NCBI GenBank assembly: GCA_963722255.1
Contig: CAVRJO010000001.1
Span: forward strand, 480,001 to 544,000
Length of the DNA: 64,000 bases
Reading direction: 5' to 3'
Origin: Candidatus Babeliales bacterium
GTDB lineage: Bacteria > Babelota > Babeliae > Babelales > JANWKD01
Every line of letters begins with the position of its first letter. Within the stretch, counting starts at the first letter, position 1. Position numbers and translations under genes: made by a program. Below the pieces are notes generated by a model that was not told where the DNA came from, ran no database searches, and was given only the letters and a program-made list of their open reading frames with translations. Shown piece by piece: positions 28,174 through 37,853 of this stretch.

Positions 28174-30129
28174 TTACATTTCAACGGCTAGCAAATTTTG
28201 AAGCACCCATAATTGTACTGAAAAATCTGAATTAGGATTTTGATTTCTTTCAAAAAGCTTATCTATTTCTTGAATATCAAAATAATCGGACCATGCTGTT
28301 TTTGAATGAACAGTATCTAAAAAATGTTGCTTAAAATAGCTTCCTTGCTTGAACCATCTACTTGTTGGTGCAGCAAATCCCATCTTTTTTCGATAGATAG
28401 TATCATAAGGCAAGATGCCCTCCGCTGCTTTTTTTAAAATATATTTTGTGACACCATTTTTATATTTCAAAGAAGTTGGAATTTGGAATGCAAATTCAAC
28501 AAGTTTATGATCTAAAAAAGGTACACGAGCTTCAACTGATGTGGCCATGGTCATCTTATCAACGCGCATAAGAAGCAGCTCAGGAAGCCGTTGTTTGAGC
28601 TCTATATATGCCATCGAAGTAAAAAAATCAGCATCAGGATTTAAACGATTAAGCTCCTGCATATGATAATCAACAACAGTATAACTTGAATCAATTTGCT
28701 TAAATTCAGGATAAATTTTATTAATAATCGGATCAACTGCAAAATCAAATTCATTGTGCTTAAGAAGCGTCCGCTTCCATAATTCAGAAAATGCTGTAGC
28801 ACCTCCCCAGAAGATACTCTTGCCATCAGCCCAATTTTTCAAAGTATCTAATCGATTAAATCGTTCAGGAAATAACGTTGAAGCGGCATAATACATACCC
28901 TGCTTTGCAAAAGTTGGAATAAAGCGTTGAGAATTTTTCCAATAATGATTATACGCATCTATATAGGCACCATAGGTTGCATAGCCGCAAAAAAGTTCAT
29001 CAGAACCTTCACCAACTTGCACAACAGTAACTCCTGAATCTTTTAAAAGCTTTGAAACATAATAAAGAGGAATACAAACGCAATCTGCAAGAGGTTCATC
29101 TTGGTGATATACCATCTTTTGGAAAAATTCGAATGCTTCTTTTTCTGCAATAATAATTTCATGATGATCGGTATTAAATCGTCTGGCAATTTTACGTGCC
29201 CAAGCGAGTTCACTGTATTCTTGCCCGTCAGCAAACGACACATTAAATGTTTTCACTTGGCCAACAACTTCAGACATTAATGCTACATTCAAACTAGAAT
29301 CAATGCCGCCCGATAGAAAAACACCGTAGGGAACATCTGACATCATCTGTTGTTCAATTGAATTACGCAACATGGCGCGAATCTTTTTTATACAAAATGA
29401 CTCATCGGCCATCTGCTTTGCATCATAAACTATTTCAGGTCTTAAAAATGTGTACCAATTATGAAACGTAATATTTTTTTTTGCATCTACCTTAAGATAG
29501 TATGCTGCAGGTAATTTATAGATATTTTTATAGAGCGTCATAGGCGCCGGAGTCGCTAGATAAGTTAAGTAATGGTACATTCCTTGCGTATTTACCTCTT
29601 TGAAATTCCAAGGCAATTGCCATAATGCTTTGATTTCAGATGCAAAGCTCACTACATCATTTTGTAACGAAAAATATAATGGTTTAATGCCAATGCGATC
29701 TCGAATTAAAAAAAGTTCATGAGTCAGAAAATCATATAAAACTATTGCAAACATGCCTTCTAAGCGATTGATTGCATCAATTCCCCATTGCTTATACGCA
29801 TACACAATCGTTTCTGTGTCAGAATTTGAATAATAGATATAGCCAAAACCTTCTAACTCTTTACGCAGCTGTGGATGATTATATATTTCACCATTGCACA
29901 TGACAGCAACAGTTCTCTGGCTATCAAACATTGGCTGAAATCCTGCATCAGAAAGATCCATAATGCTCAGACGACGATGAAAAAGCGCTAATTGATCTTC
30001 ATGAGATAGCCATATTCTATAGCCATTAGGACCACGATGTTCTAAACTTTTTTGCATCTTTTCAAGTAACTGTTGATCACAAGAAAAAGAAGGTTGCTTT
30101 AGATTGAAATATCCACCGAGCCCACACAT
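28174..30129 (-). CDS. asnB: Asparagine synthase-like glutamine amidotransferase, paralog B
   Basis: MCG start and the same motifs as paralog A. Confidence 0.9.
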   Translation of the reverse strand: MCGLGGYFNLKQPSFSCDQQLLEKMQKSLEHRGPNGYRIWLSHEDQLALFHRRLSIMDLSDAGFQPMFDSQRTVAVMCNGEIYNHPQLRKELEGFGYIYYSNSDTETIVYAYKQWGIDAINRLEGMFAIVLYDFLTHELFLIRDRIGIKPLYFSLQNDVVSFASEIKALWQLPWNFKEVNTQGMYHYLTYLATPAPMTLYKNIYKLPAAYYLKVDAKKNITFHNWYTFLRPEIVYDAKQMADESFCIKKIRAMLRNSIEQQMMSDVPYGVFLSGGIDSSLNVALMSEVVGQVKTFNVSFADGQEYSELAWARKIARRFNTDHHEIIIAEKEAFEFFQKMVYHQDEPLADCVCIPLYYVSKLLKDSGVTVVQVGEGSDELFCGYATYGAYIDAYNHYWKNSQRFIPTFAKQGMYYAASTLFPERFNRLDTLKNWADGKSIFWGGATAFSELWKRTLLKHNEFDFAVDPIINKIYPEFKQIDSSYTVVDYHMQELNRLNPDADFFTSMAYIELKQRLPELLLMRVDKMTMATSVEARVPFLDHKLVEFAFQIPTSLKYKNGVTKYILKKAAEGILPYDTIYRKKMGFAAPTSRWFKQGSYFKQHFLDTVHSKTAWSDYFDIQEIDKLFERNQNPNSDFSVQLWVLQNLLAVEM

Positions 30130-30226
30130 ACTCATCCTTTTGAAAATATATTGTTATTGGTGCTACGTACTAGCAATTTTCTTGGTTATACCATGAAATA
30201 CACAAAAGGTGAAATGGATGTCTGTG

Positions 30227-31627
30227 TTATTTAAACTTAAATTTTTTTAAAGCAATAAAGCTCATGCAAAGAAGTAAAATGCCATGTCTAAAGCGACTAA
30301 TTTGTGTAGTGCCATAATTTCTATTTTTATATCGAATAGGCATGTCGACAATTTTTAAGTTAAGTTTGGCAGCGCCAAATAAAAGATCAAAATCGCCAAA
30401 AGGATCAAATTCTCCAAAAAAAGAACGATTAGCGACAATTTTTTCATAACTATGTTTAAAAAGAACTTTGGTACCACAGAGCGTATCTTTTATTGGTTGC
30501 TCAAGAAGCCAAGAAAAACCGATACCAAAACAATAGTTTGCAATGAGGTTTAAAAAACGCATTGCTTCTGATTCCATACCATATACTAAACGAGACCCAT
30601 TAATGAACTCACCTTTCCCATTCAATAATGCATCATAAAATTTGGGAAGCTCTTCAGGGGCAACGGTTAAATCAGCATCAAGAATCATGAGAACATCGCC
30701 CGTTGCTTGGGCAAAACCTAAGCGAACTGCATCTCCTTTACCTTTTCCTTGTTGTACATAATAAGAAATATTTTTTTCCGGGTAAAGTTCACATACTCGT
30801 TTAATTTCTTCAAGGGTATTATCTTTTGAATGACCTTCTACAAAAATTATTTCTGTTCTTTTTCCCATGAGAGGACATCGTTGAACAGCAGCTTCAATAT
30901 TGCCACGTTCATTACGACACGGAATGATTACAGAAACAGAATAGTCCAGCTTATTCAATTTTTTGGGAATTGGGCGAGCAACAATCCATTGGCTCAAGCA
31001 AAGCTTGTTTATAAGGGGCAAAGGAGCAATGAATGTATTAGCAAACCATGACAATACCGGAATATAATAGGGAACTAAAATATAACGATCTTTTGTAATA
31101 ACTTCACAATGTGCTAAAGATAAAAAATTGGCAACATCATGTAATGACAACCAGTTCTTAAACATTGTTGGACGACGCAATGAAAGTTTTTGGGTTATCC
31201 ATAAAACAGGTTCCCAGAGGCAAGAATAAAAATCGATAATAATTTTTGTTGATTCATGGCTCACTGTATGGATATGTTCAAATAATTTTTGGACATCATC
31301 TGTTTCCATTGTTGCCAAATTCATCATGATATAATCAAATGTTTGATCCAGCGTAATATTTTTAAAATCACCAACAACAAATTGATATTCCCGATACTGC
31401 TGCTGTGCATCATTAATACACTGAACATCTTCATCAACACCAACTCCCTGCGAAGGGTTTGTAGCTGCAAGTAAAAAGCCATTTTTACAACTTATATGCA
31501 ATACACGAGATCCTTGAGGTATAAAAGATTGATATAAACGCGCAATGAGCGAATGATAATACCAGTTCTTTTTTATCCAATATGCATATGGTTTTTCCAC
31601 ATGCGAAGTGAGTACTTGTGCCTTCAT
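30227..31627 (-). CDS. Methyltransferase-like domain fused to a GT2 glycosyltransferase
   Basis: Degenerate VLHISCKNG; SVIIPCRNE, GKGDAVR.GF, ILDADL, DTLCGTK, DPFGDFDLL. Confidence 0.85.
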   Translation of the reverse strand: MKAQVLTSHVEKPYAYWIKKNWYYHSLIARLYQSFIPQGSRVLHISCKNGFLLAATNPSQGVGVDEDVQCINDAQQQYREYQFVVGDFKNITLDQTFDYIMMNLATMETDDVQKLFEHIHTVSHESTKIIIDFYSCLWEPVLWITQKLSLRRPTMFKNWLSLHDVANFLSLAHCEVITKDRYILVPYYIPVLSWFANTFIAPLPLINKLCLSQWIVARPIPKKLNKLDYSVSVIIPCRNERGNIEAAVQRCPLMGKRTEIIFVEGHSKDNTLEEIKRVCELYPEKNISYYVQQGKGKGDAVRLGFAQATGDVLMILDADLTVAPEELPKFYDALLNGKGEFINGSRLVYGMESEAMRFLNLIANYCFGIGFSWLLEQPIKDTLCGTKVLFKHSYEKIVANRSFFGEFDPFGDFDLLFGAAKLNLKIVDMPIRYKNRNYGTTQISRFRHGILLLCMSFIALKKFKFK

Positions 31628-31735
31628 AACTACCTATCGACTTTTATACGGTATAACGTTACAATTATGTGCTTGTAAATATCTGCTTGTAAAAATTATA
31701 GGCAATTACGTAACCAAATCAAGAAGAGATTGTAG

Positions 31736-32191
31736 ATGGAAAAATTTGTAGAACAAGGAATGCTTTGGCTTTCTTTACTCAACCCATGCAGCATATCAAT
31801 ACTTGAAGATACCCAAGAACAACATACCCAAGTTCCGCTAATTCGAGAGCTTGAACATGATACCCTCAAACTGATTTCTTTACTTGAGCGTATAGTACAA
31901 ATTTATGGCAATGCACTTGAAAATAGTATGCTTGAATATTCGAACAGAATGCATCTTATTCAAATTCAAACTATAATTACCAAATTTCAAGAAAAACTAA
32001 TCAATAATCACAATCATGCTTATAATATTACGCCTGCACTTAGAAAACTGCATGAAAGCTTGGAGGCTGATTGCATTGTTTGGAAAAAATATCATGAAGA
32101 AAACAACATTTCAGATACTCTTTATACTCGATTTACTGCGTCTATAAAAAAATTTGGTAATTATTGTAAGATTAAAACAAAAGTCTCTTAA
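31736..32191 (+). CDS. Hypothetical helical protein
   Basis: 151-aa ORF filling the intergenic gap. Confidence 0.55.
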   Translation: MEKFVEQGMLWLSLLNPCSISILEDTQEQHTQVPLIRELEHDTLKLISLLERIVQIYGNALENSMLEYSNRMHLIQIQTIITKFQEKLINNHNHAYNITPALRKLHESLEADCIVWKKYHEENNISDTLYTRFTASIKKFGNYCKIKTKVS

Positions 32192-32212
32192 AATTAATTG
32201 TATACTGTATAT

Positions 32213-32674
32213 TTACTCTATATATTGATCATACGCTGTTGAGTACATCTCATGAACAACGTTATATGACTTAACTGCTACATCCAATGTAAAACGTGAA
32301 CCAAAGAGACATAACGCGACAACTCGTCCAATATAACTTCTTTCATTTTGATTATCTTTATTATAATTTTTAAGAGCATCATAACCCTCTTCATCATAAT
32401 CTACCAATGAAGCTCCACAAAAACAGGTCTTACGCTTGCACTTATTAACCCATTGGACATAGCAAAGCGAATGTACTGAATGGCCACAATATAAAGTTGT
32501 AATAGATCCTTTTCTAACTGACAATGAGTCTAAACAAAAAGAACATGCGGCATTCAAATCAACTTTTATTTCTTCCACATTACGATTGTGAATTTTTTCT
32601 ATTTCAGTTTCCATTGCACAACCAAAAGAACAACTTATCAAACATATAAATAAAAAATTTTTAATTTGTATCAT
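32213..32674 (-). CDS. Secreted RING-H2 finger protein (start uncertain, up to 32725)
   Basis: Signal ending CA-ME; CSFC-x15-CGHSVHSLC-x3-W...CFC. Confidence 0.75.
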   Translation of the reverse strand: MIQIKNFLFICLISCSFGCAMETEIEKIHNRNVEEIKVDLNAACSFCLDSLSVRKGSITTLYCGHSVHSLCYVQWVNKCKRKTCFCGASLVDYDEEGYDALKNYNKDNQNERSYIGRVVALCLFGSRFTLDVAVKSYNVVHEMYSTAYDQYIE

Positions 32675-32746
32675 TATGACCATCGATGTTGAATAGATAT
32701 TATTTTTAACAGTTATATGCTTCAAAACTACCTTGGATTGATCTCT

Positions 32747-33895
32747 TTAAAAATGTGGCGCACTTGCCTCACCATTAAAATTTCCACTTTTAATATCGCC
32801 GACATCAGCAGAAACTACCGCTAATGAATCATCCATTCGATCAATTATTTTTGAAATTTTTTCTAACTCTTTTTTTTGCGCAAAATCGCTATTTTTCAAC
32901 TGTGCCAACGCAGAACTTATTTGAACTAAGCATTCTCTACATTCTTTAGTAGCTTTGTTTGTCGCGCTAATATCATTTGATGCATTATTAAGTGTTTCAA
33001 TTGCTTTTGTCATTCTCTTATTTAAAGTATCTACTTGTTGTGATAAAGCATGATATCCATTCTCATCAAACTCAGTTTGTATCAACAATAATATTGATCT
33101 ATAGTGTGCAAGATAATTTGCGTACAAAGCACTCGTATTGTCATTAACGGTATTCAATGTTACTTTAGCATTCTGTTCCATCAATTTTATTGAGCTTTGT
33201 GCTTGATCTCTAAGCTCAATAATGGAATTTTTTGCCGCCTGCGCACGTTCCGTTTCAAGCCTTGCTGCTTGAAACTTTTCTTTTTTAATAGCAACATCGT
33301 AATCACGTTTTTGCTGTTCGGCCAATGCTATTTTTTCATTCTGCAGCTCTTTAGCAACTACATTTTTAAACAAAAGGCTATGAGAATCAAAAACCTTCTT
33401 TAAAGATTTTTCTAATTTATCAACAACCTCACGTTCCTCATCAGAAAACTCATTATAATGATCACTAAAGCCTGCAATATCTTTTTCTAATTGACGAGCA
33501 TACCAAACATGTATAAAGGGTGTTTGATGATTAAAGTGTACCGCTGCTCGAGTATCCAATCCTTCTTGCGTTAATGCAGCACCTTTACCTACAATTTCTA
33601 TTTCACAAGCATATTTTTTTTGAACATGTTGAACAAACTTTTCTGCTTCTTCACGCTTTTTCTCCTTTTCTTGCTTTGTTTTTTCTTGCAGATTAAGCCT
33701 TTTTTGTTCTAAACGTTTTGCTTCTGAGCTCCCACTACCAGCAATATAAGCTATTGGAGTAGTTACCAAAAATACTGCTGCCACAGCAATTCCAACAGCC
33801 GGCCTTACAAAATCATTTAGATCCAAAGCCTGTGCATCATTATGCCTTACAAGTATGCTTATACTCATCAAGCCACATAGTACTATTTTTTTCAT
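32747..33895 (-). CDS. Secreted/membrane coiled-coil protein
   Basis: AAGGA SD before MKKIVLCG; signal ending AQA; one TM then long heptad-rich region. Confidence 0.7.
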   Translation of the reverse strand: MKKIVLCGLMSISILVRHNDAQALDLNDFVRPAVGIAVAAVFLVTTPIAYIAGSGSSEAKRLEQKRLNLQEKTKQEKEKKREEAEKFVQHVQKKYACEIEIVGKGAALTQEGLDTRAAVHFNHQTPFIHVWYARQLEKDIAGFSDHYNEFSDEEREVVDKLEKSLKKVFDSHSLLFKNVVAKELQNEKIALAEQQKRDYDVAIKKEKFQAARLETERAQAAKNSIIELRDQAQSSIKLMEQNAKVTLNTVNDNTSALYANYLAHYRSILLLIQTEFDENGYHALSQQVDTLNKRMTKAIETLNNASNDISATNKATKECRECLVQISSALAQLKNSDFAQKKELEKISKIIDRMDDSLAVVSADVGDIKSGNFNGEASAPHF

Positions 33896-34056
33896 AAAAT
33901 CCTTTATAATATTCTCAATAAAATGCGCTACAAAAGCATTTTTTATAAGTGTAATCAAAATAAAATATTTTCATAGGAATCATTATAAGTATTTTTCTGC
34001 TATAAAATCCCTATAACCCTAATTCCTTTTAAGAAAATTTTAGAAATAAAGATATT

Positions 34057-34968
34057 AGACCTCTTCTGAAACTCATTTAACCAACTCAAAATTATAGATA
34101 CCCGCAATAAGATTGAAACGGAGCCCAAATCTTTTTCGTCGATTGCGATATTTGTCAGCAACTATTTTAAAACGTTTTATCATACCAATTACATGCTCAT
34201 TTAAAACACGCTGGCTTGATAATTCTCTATTTCGTTGTTTATCTGTTAATGTTAAAGGATTTTTTTTACTTTTTTTCTTTGGCATAGAAGTATTATTATG
34301 AATTTTTTTTAGACCTAAATAACCTGTATCTGTAAGAACTTCAGTAGATTTTGCGAAGTGAATTTTTGAAGTTTTGAAGAGTTTAAAATCATGTCGTTTA
34401 CCATCTGAAAAATTTGTACAAACAATTTCTTTTGTTTTTTTGTTTACAACTACCTGAGTTTTTATAGTATGACGTTTTTTCTTACCGGAATAAAATTTCC
34501 GCTGTTTTTTTTAGGACGTTCAATAGGACTTTCAGTTGCATCTATTAAAATAACTTCAAATTCATTATCGCTTTTCAGTAGCGCTTTTCTGCCAGGCAAT
34601 CTAAATTCTTTGCTTTGAATAAGAGTATTTTCAACCCATCGTATTGCTTCAAATGCATTGCTTTCAGCAATGCCATAACTTGTCGCAATATGAAGATACG
34701 TTCGATATTCCCGTATATATTCAAGAGTCATCAAAAGCATTTCTTCAATACTGAGCTTATTTGGACGTCCTCCCTTTGCCTTTTTTATTTTTTGCGCTTC
34801 TTTTAAAATAGAAACCAATACTTCAAATGTTTTTCGTTTTACTCCAGTTACTCTTCTAAAGTTTTTTTCTGATGAAATTTTTAATTTTTCATACTTCATA
34901 ATCGCTTACCCTTTTTTTATAAATCGATTATGATTATGCCATAAAATTTATAGTTTCAGAAGAGGTCT
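34057..34968 (-). mobile_element. Complete IS5-family (ISL2-like) element, 912 bp
   Basis: Terminal IRs AGACCTCTTCTGAAACT / AGTTTCAGAAGAGGTCT; ATT on both flanks (3-bp DR; a TA duplication is an alternative reading). Confidence 0.88.
34073..34899 (-). CDS. IS5-family transposase expressed via -1 frameshift at A8C (about 34504-34512)
   Basis: IDATESPIERPKK, then -1 frame QRKFYSGKKKRHTIK...TDTGY...RVLNEHVIG..KRF. Confidence 0.85.
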
Positions 34969-35030
34969 ATTGTGTGCCCAATACCTTTAATAAAAAAAAT
35001 TATGTGGGTTAACTGCATTGAATAATACAG

Positions 35031-37832
35031 TTATTTGGTCACATCTTGCCAACTATAGCCAAAACGTGTAGTAACTTGAAGGGGAATATTCCAAGAAACA
35101 ACATGCTCTAAAACATTTTTAACAATTTTTTCTGTTACATCGCGTTCATGCTCAGGAACAGAGATCAACAACTCATCATGAATTTGTAAAATCATTTTTG
35201 CATTGAGTTTATGTTCTTCGAAAGCACGATTTAACTGTATCATACCCTGTTTCATTATTTCAGCAGCCGTGCCTTGCGCTTTTGTATTGATCGCAATACG
35301 TTTTGCAACATCATAAAGCATCCTATTTGACTCATAAATTCCAGGAACATAGCGACGCCTCCCCCAGTGAGTGGTAACATAACCATGCTCTTTTGTTTCC
35401 TCAATTACCAGTTCCATCCATTTTTGAATACCGGGATACTGGGCAAAATACTTATCTATATAGAGCTGTGCTTGTTTGAAAGGAATATCTAAATCTTTGG
35501 AAAGACCATAAGGCGTTAAGCCATACAATATACTAAAGTTAATGCGTTTACCCACTTGACGTTGCTCAGACGTCACCTGCGCTAAATCAACATCAAAGAG
35601 CTTGGCAGCAGTTTGCGCATGAATATCTTTATCGTGCAAAAAGGCATCAATAAGTGCAGGATCTTGTGAGAGATACGCAAGGACACGAAGCTCAATTTGG
35701 GAATAATCGGCTGATAAAAAAATATCACCCGGTTGCGGCTTAAAAGCAGAACGAATATGAATATGATAGCGCGTATCGGTAGGTATATTTTGTAGATTAG
35801 GATCAAAACTTGCTAATCTTCCTGTAGCTACAGAGGTTTGGCTAAACGTTGTATGAATTTTTCCCGTTTCTTTATTGACGTATGTAGGAAGCGCATCAAT
35901 ATAGGTGCTTTTAAGCTTAAAAAGTTCTCTATAATGTAATAAAAGTGCAGGAATAGGATGTGTTTTAGCAAGCTCTTGCAACACTTCAACATCGGTAGAA
36001 TAGCCAGTTTTTTTACTACTCTTTTTTTGTGGAACCAATTGCAAGTGAGTAAAAAGAAGCTGTTCAATCTGCTTAGGAGAATTAAGATTAATATCCGGTG
36101 CACAACCACTTACTTCGATTATTTCCTGTTTAATCCGCTCCAAATCTGCAATGACAAAACGATCAAGTTCACGCAATACCGTAAGATCTAAATTGATTCC
36201 TTCAACTTCCATTGCAGTGATAATGTCAACAAGAGGTAATTCTATTTCATAATAAAGCTTATCCATTCTCTGCTTTTTGAGTTCTTCATGCAAAATGGGA
36301 ACTAACTGCAGTGTCTGATGAGCATCCGATGCAGCATATTCAGTTGCCAAGTCAAAAGGGACCTGAGCAAAGTTTTTATAACCTTGATCAGTAACAACTT
36401 CAGCGAATGTTAGCATTTGCTCATTAAGATAAAATTCAGAAATAGCCTTAAGGCTTATTTTTTGCCAATCTTTGGTAACTAAATGCGCCGCAAGCAAGGT
36501 ATCAAAAGAAAGCGAATCCACTTTGAGTCCATAGTGTGAAAATACACGCTCATCAAAGTTGCCGCTATGCATAATTTTTTTTACCGAACTATCCTCAAAC
36601 AATGGTTTGAAGGCCTCTACAACATCTTCACGTTTTAACTGATTAGATTCATTAAGATGGCCAAAGGGAACATAATAGGCTTCACCTTTTTTAAAACAGA
36701 ATGAAATTCCTACCATCTCATTTTCCAAAGGATTTAAACCATCAAGCTCAGTATCCAGCGCGATAACTTTTGTGTCATGTGCTTGTTTAAGAATTGTATG
36801 CAATGTTTTAAGATCGATAATTGCTTTAAAACTATATCCTTTTGATTCAGAAAGTTTCTCTTTTTTTGTAACAACAACTCCCGTTTTTTCAATTTCTTGA
36901 ATTAATGATCGAAACCCAAGCTCTTGAAAGAGAGGCAGAGCATTGGTCCAATTTTTTTTATCAAAAATTAACTGTTCTTTGTTTATGCCTAAAGGCAGAT
37001 ACTGAAGCAAAAAAAGCTTCTGACTTAAAAATGCATTTTCTTTATTTGCCAATAATAGTTTTCGCGTACTCTCCTTAGCAACAGCATCAATATGCTCATA
37101 CATATCCTCAAGCGACGTAAACTGCTCTACTAATTGTGCTGCCGTTTTTGCTCCTATTCCCTTTACACCGGGAATATTATCGGAAGAATCACCCAATAAT
37201 GAAAAATAAAAAACCAATTTATTAACATCAAATCCTCGATACTGTACAAAGCTTGCCGGAGTAATAAAAATATCTTTAAAAGGATCATATATGGAAATAT
37301 GTTCAGTAAGAATCTGTTCCATATCTTTATCGGAAGTTAATAAAAGCAGATCATTACCCTGTTTTGCAAAATCCTGTGCTAATGAATTAAGAAGATCATC
37401 AGCTTCCACGCCCGATTGTTCAACCTGCTTCAGTCCAATAAGATCAGCAAACTTTTGAATATATTTTTTTTGTTCAAAAAGATCACTTGGTGGAGCTTGA
37501 CGAGTTGCTTTATAAGCAGGATAGAGCTCATGTCGCGCTGTAGTACCTTTGCTGTCCCACACTAAAGCCATATACGCGGGATTAAATGTCTCAGCAATTT
37601 TTTTAATCATTCTACAAAAACTATATACTGCTTGCACAGGAATGCCATGAATAGTATGCAAAGGACGCACACCATAATAGGCTCTATATAAAAACCCTGA
37701 ACCATCAATCAGCAGTACAGTCTTCTTTGGATCGGTTGCCACGTTATGACCTTTCTCTCTGTGGTATGCTCTACAAACTAATAGGGTTACTGTACCGCAA
37801 ATAACCAGTAATACAACTATTTTTTTTAACAA
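35031..37832 (-). CDS. polA: DNA polymerase I (alternative GTG start at 37742)
   Basis: LIDGS..YRAY 5'-3' exonuclease, DTE/FD/YAASDA 3'-5' exonuclease, DYSQIELR, INFSILYG, QIHDEL. Confidence 0.96.
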   Translation of the reverse strand: MLKKIVVLLVICGTVTLLVCRAYHREKGHNVATDPKKTVLLIDGSGFLYRAYYGVRPLHTIHGIPVQAVYSFCRMIKKIAETFNPAYMALVWDSKGTTARHELYPAYKATRQAPPSDLFEQKKYIQKFADLIGLKQVEQSGVEADDLLNSLAQDFAKQGNDLLLLTSDKDMEQILTEHISIYDPFKDIFITPASFVQYRGFDVNKLVFYFSLLGDSSDNIPGVKGIGAKTAAQLVEQFTSLEDMYEHIDAVAKESTRKLLLANKENAFLSQKLFLLQYLPLGINKEQLIFDKKNWTNALPLFQELGFRSLIQEIEKTGVVVTKKEKLSESKGYSFKAIIDLKTLHTILKQAHDTKVIALDTELDGLNPLENEMVGISFCFKKGEAYYVPFGHLNESNQLKREDVVEAFKPLFEDSSVKKIMHSGNFDERVFSHYGLKVDSLSFDTLLAAHLVTKDWQKISLKAISEFYLNEQMLTFAEVVTDQGYKNFAQVPFDLATEYAASDAHQTLQLVPILHEELKKQRMDKLYYEIELPLVDIITAMEVEGINLDLTVLRELDRFVIADLERIKQEIIEVSGCAPDINLNSPKQIEQLLFTHLQLVPQKKSSKKTGYSTDVEVLQELAKTHPIPALLLHYRELFKLKSTYIDALPTYVNKETGKIHTTFSQTSVATGRLASFDPNLQNIPTDTRYHIHIRSAFKPQPGDIFLSADYSQIELRVLAYLSQDPALIDAFLHDKDIHAQTAAKLFDVDLAQVTSEQRQVGKRINFSILYGLTPYGLSKDLDIPFKQAQLYIDKYFAQYPGIQKWMELVIEETKEHGYVTTHWGRRRYVPGIYESNRMLYDVAKRIAINTKAQGTAAEIMKQGMIQLNRAFEEHKLNAKMILQIHDELLISVPEHERDVTEKIVKNVLEHVVSWNIPLQVTTRFGYSWQDVTK

Positions 37833-37853
37833 TGCTCAATAGGCCTTTACAAG

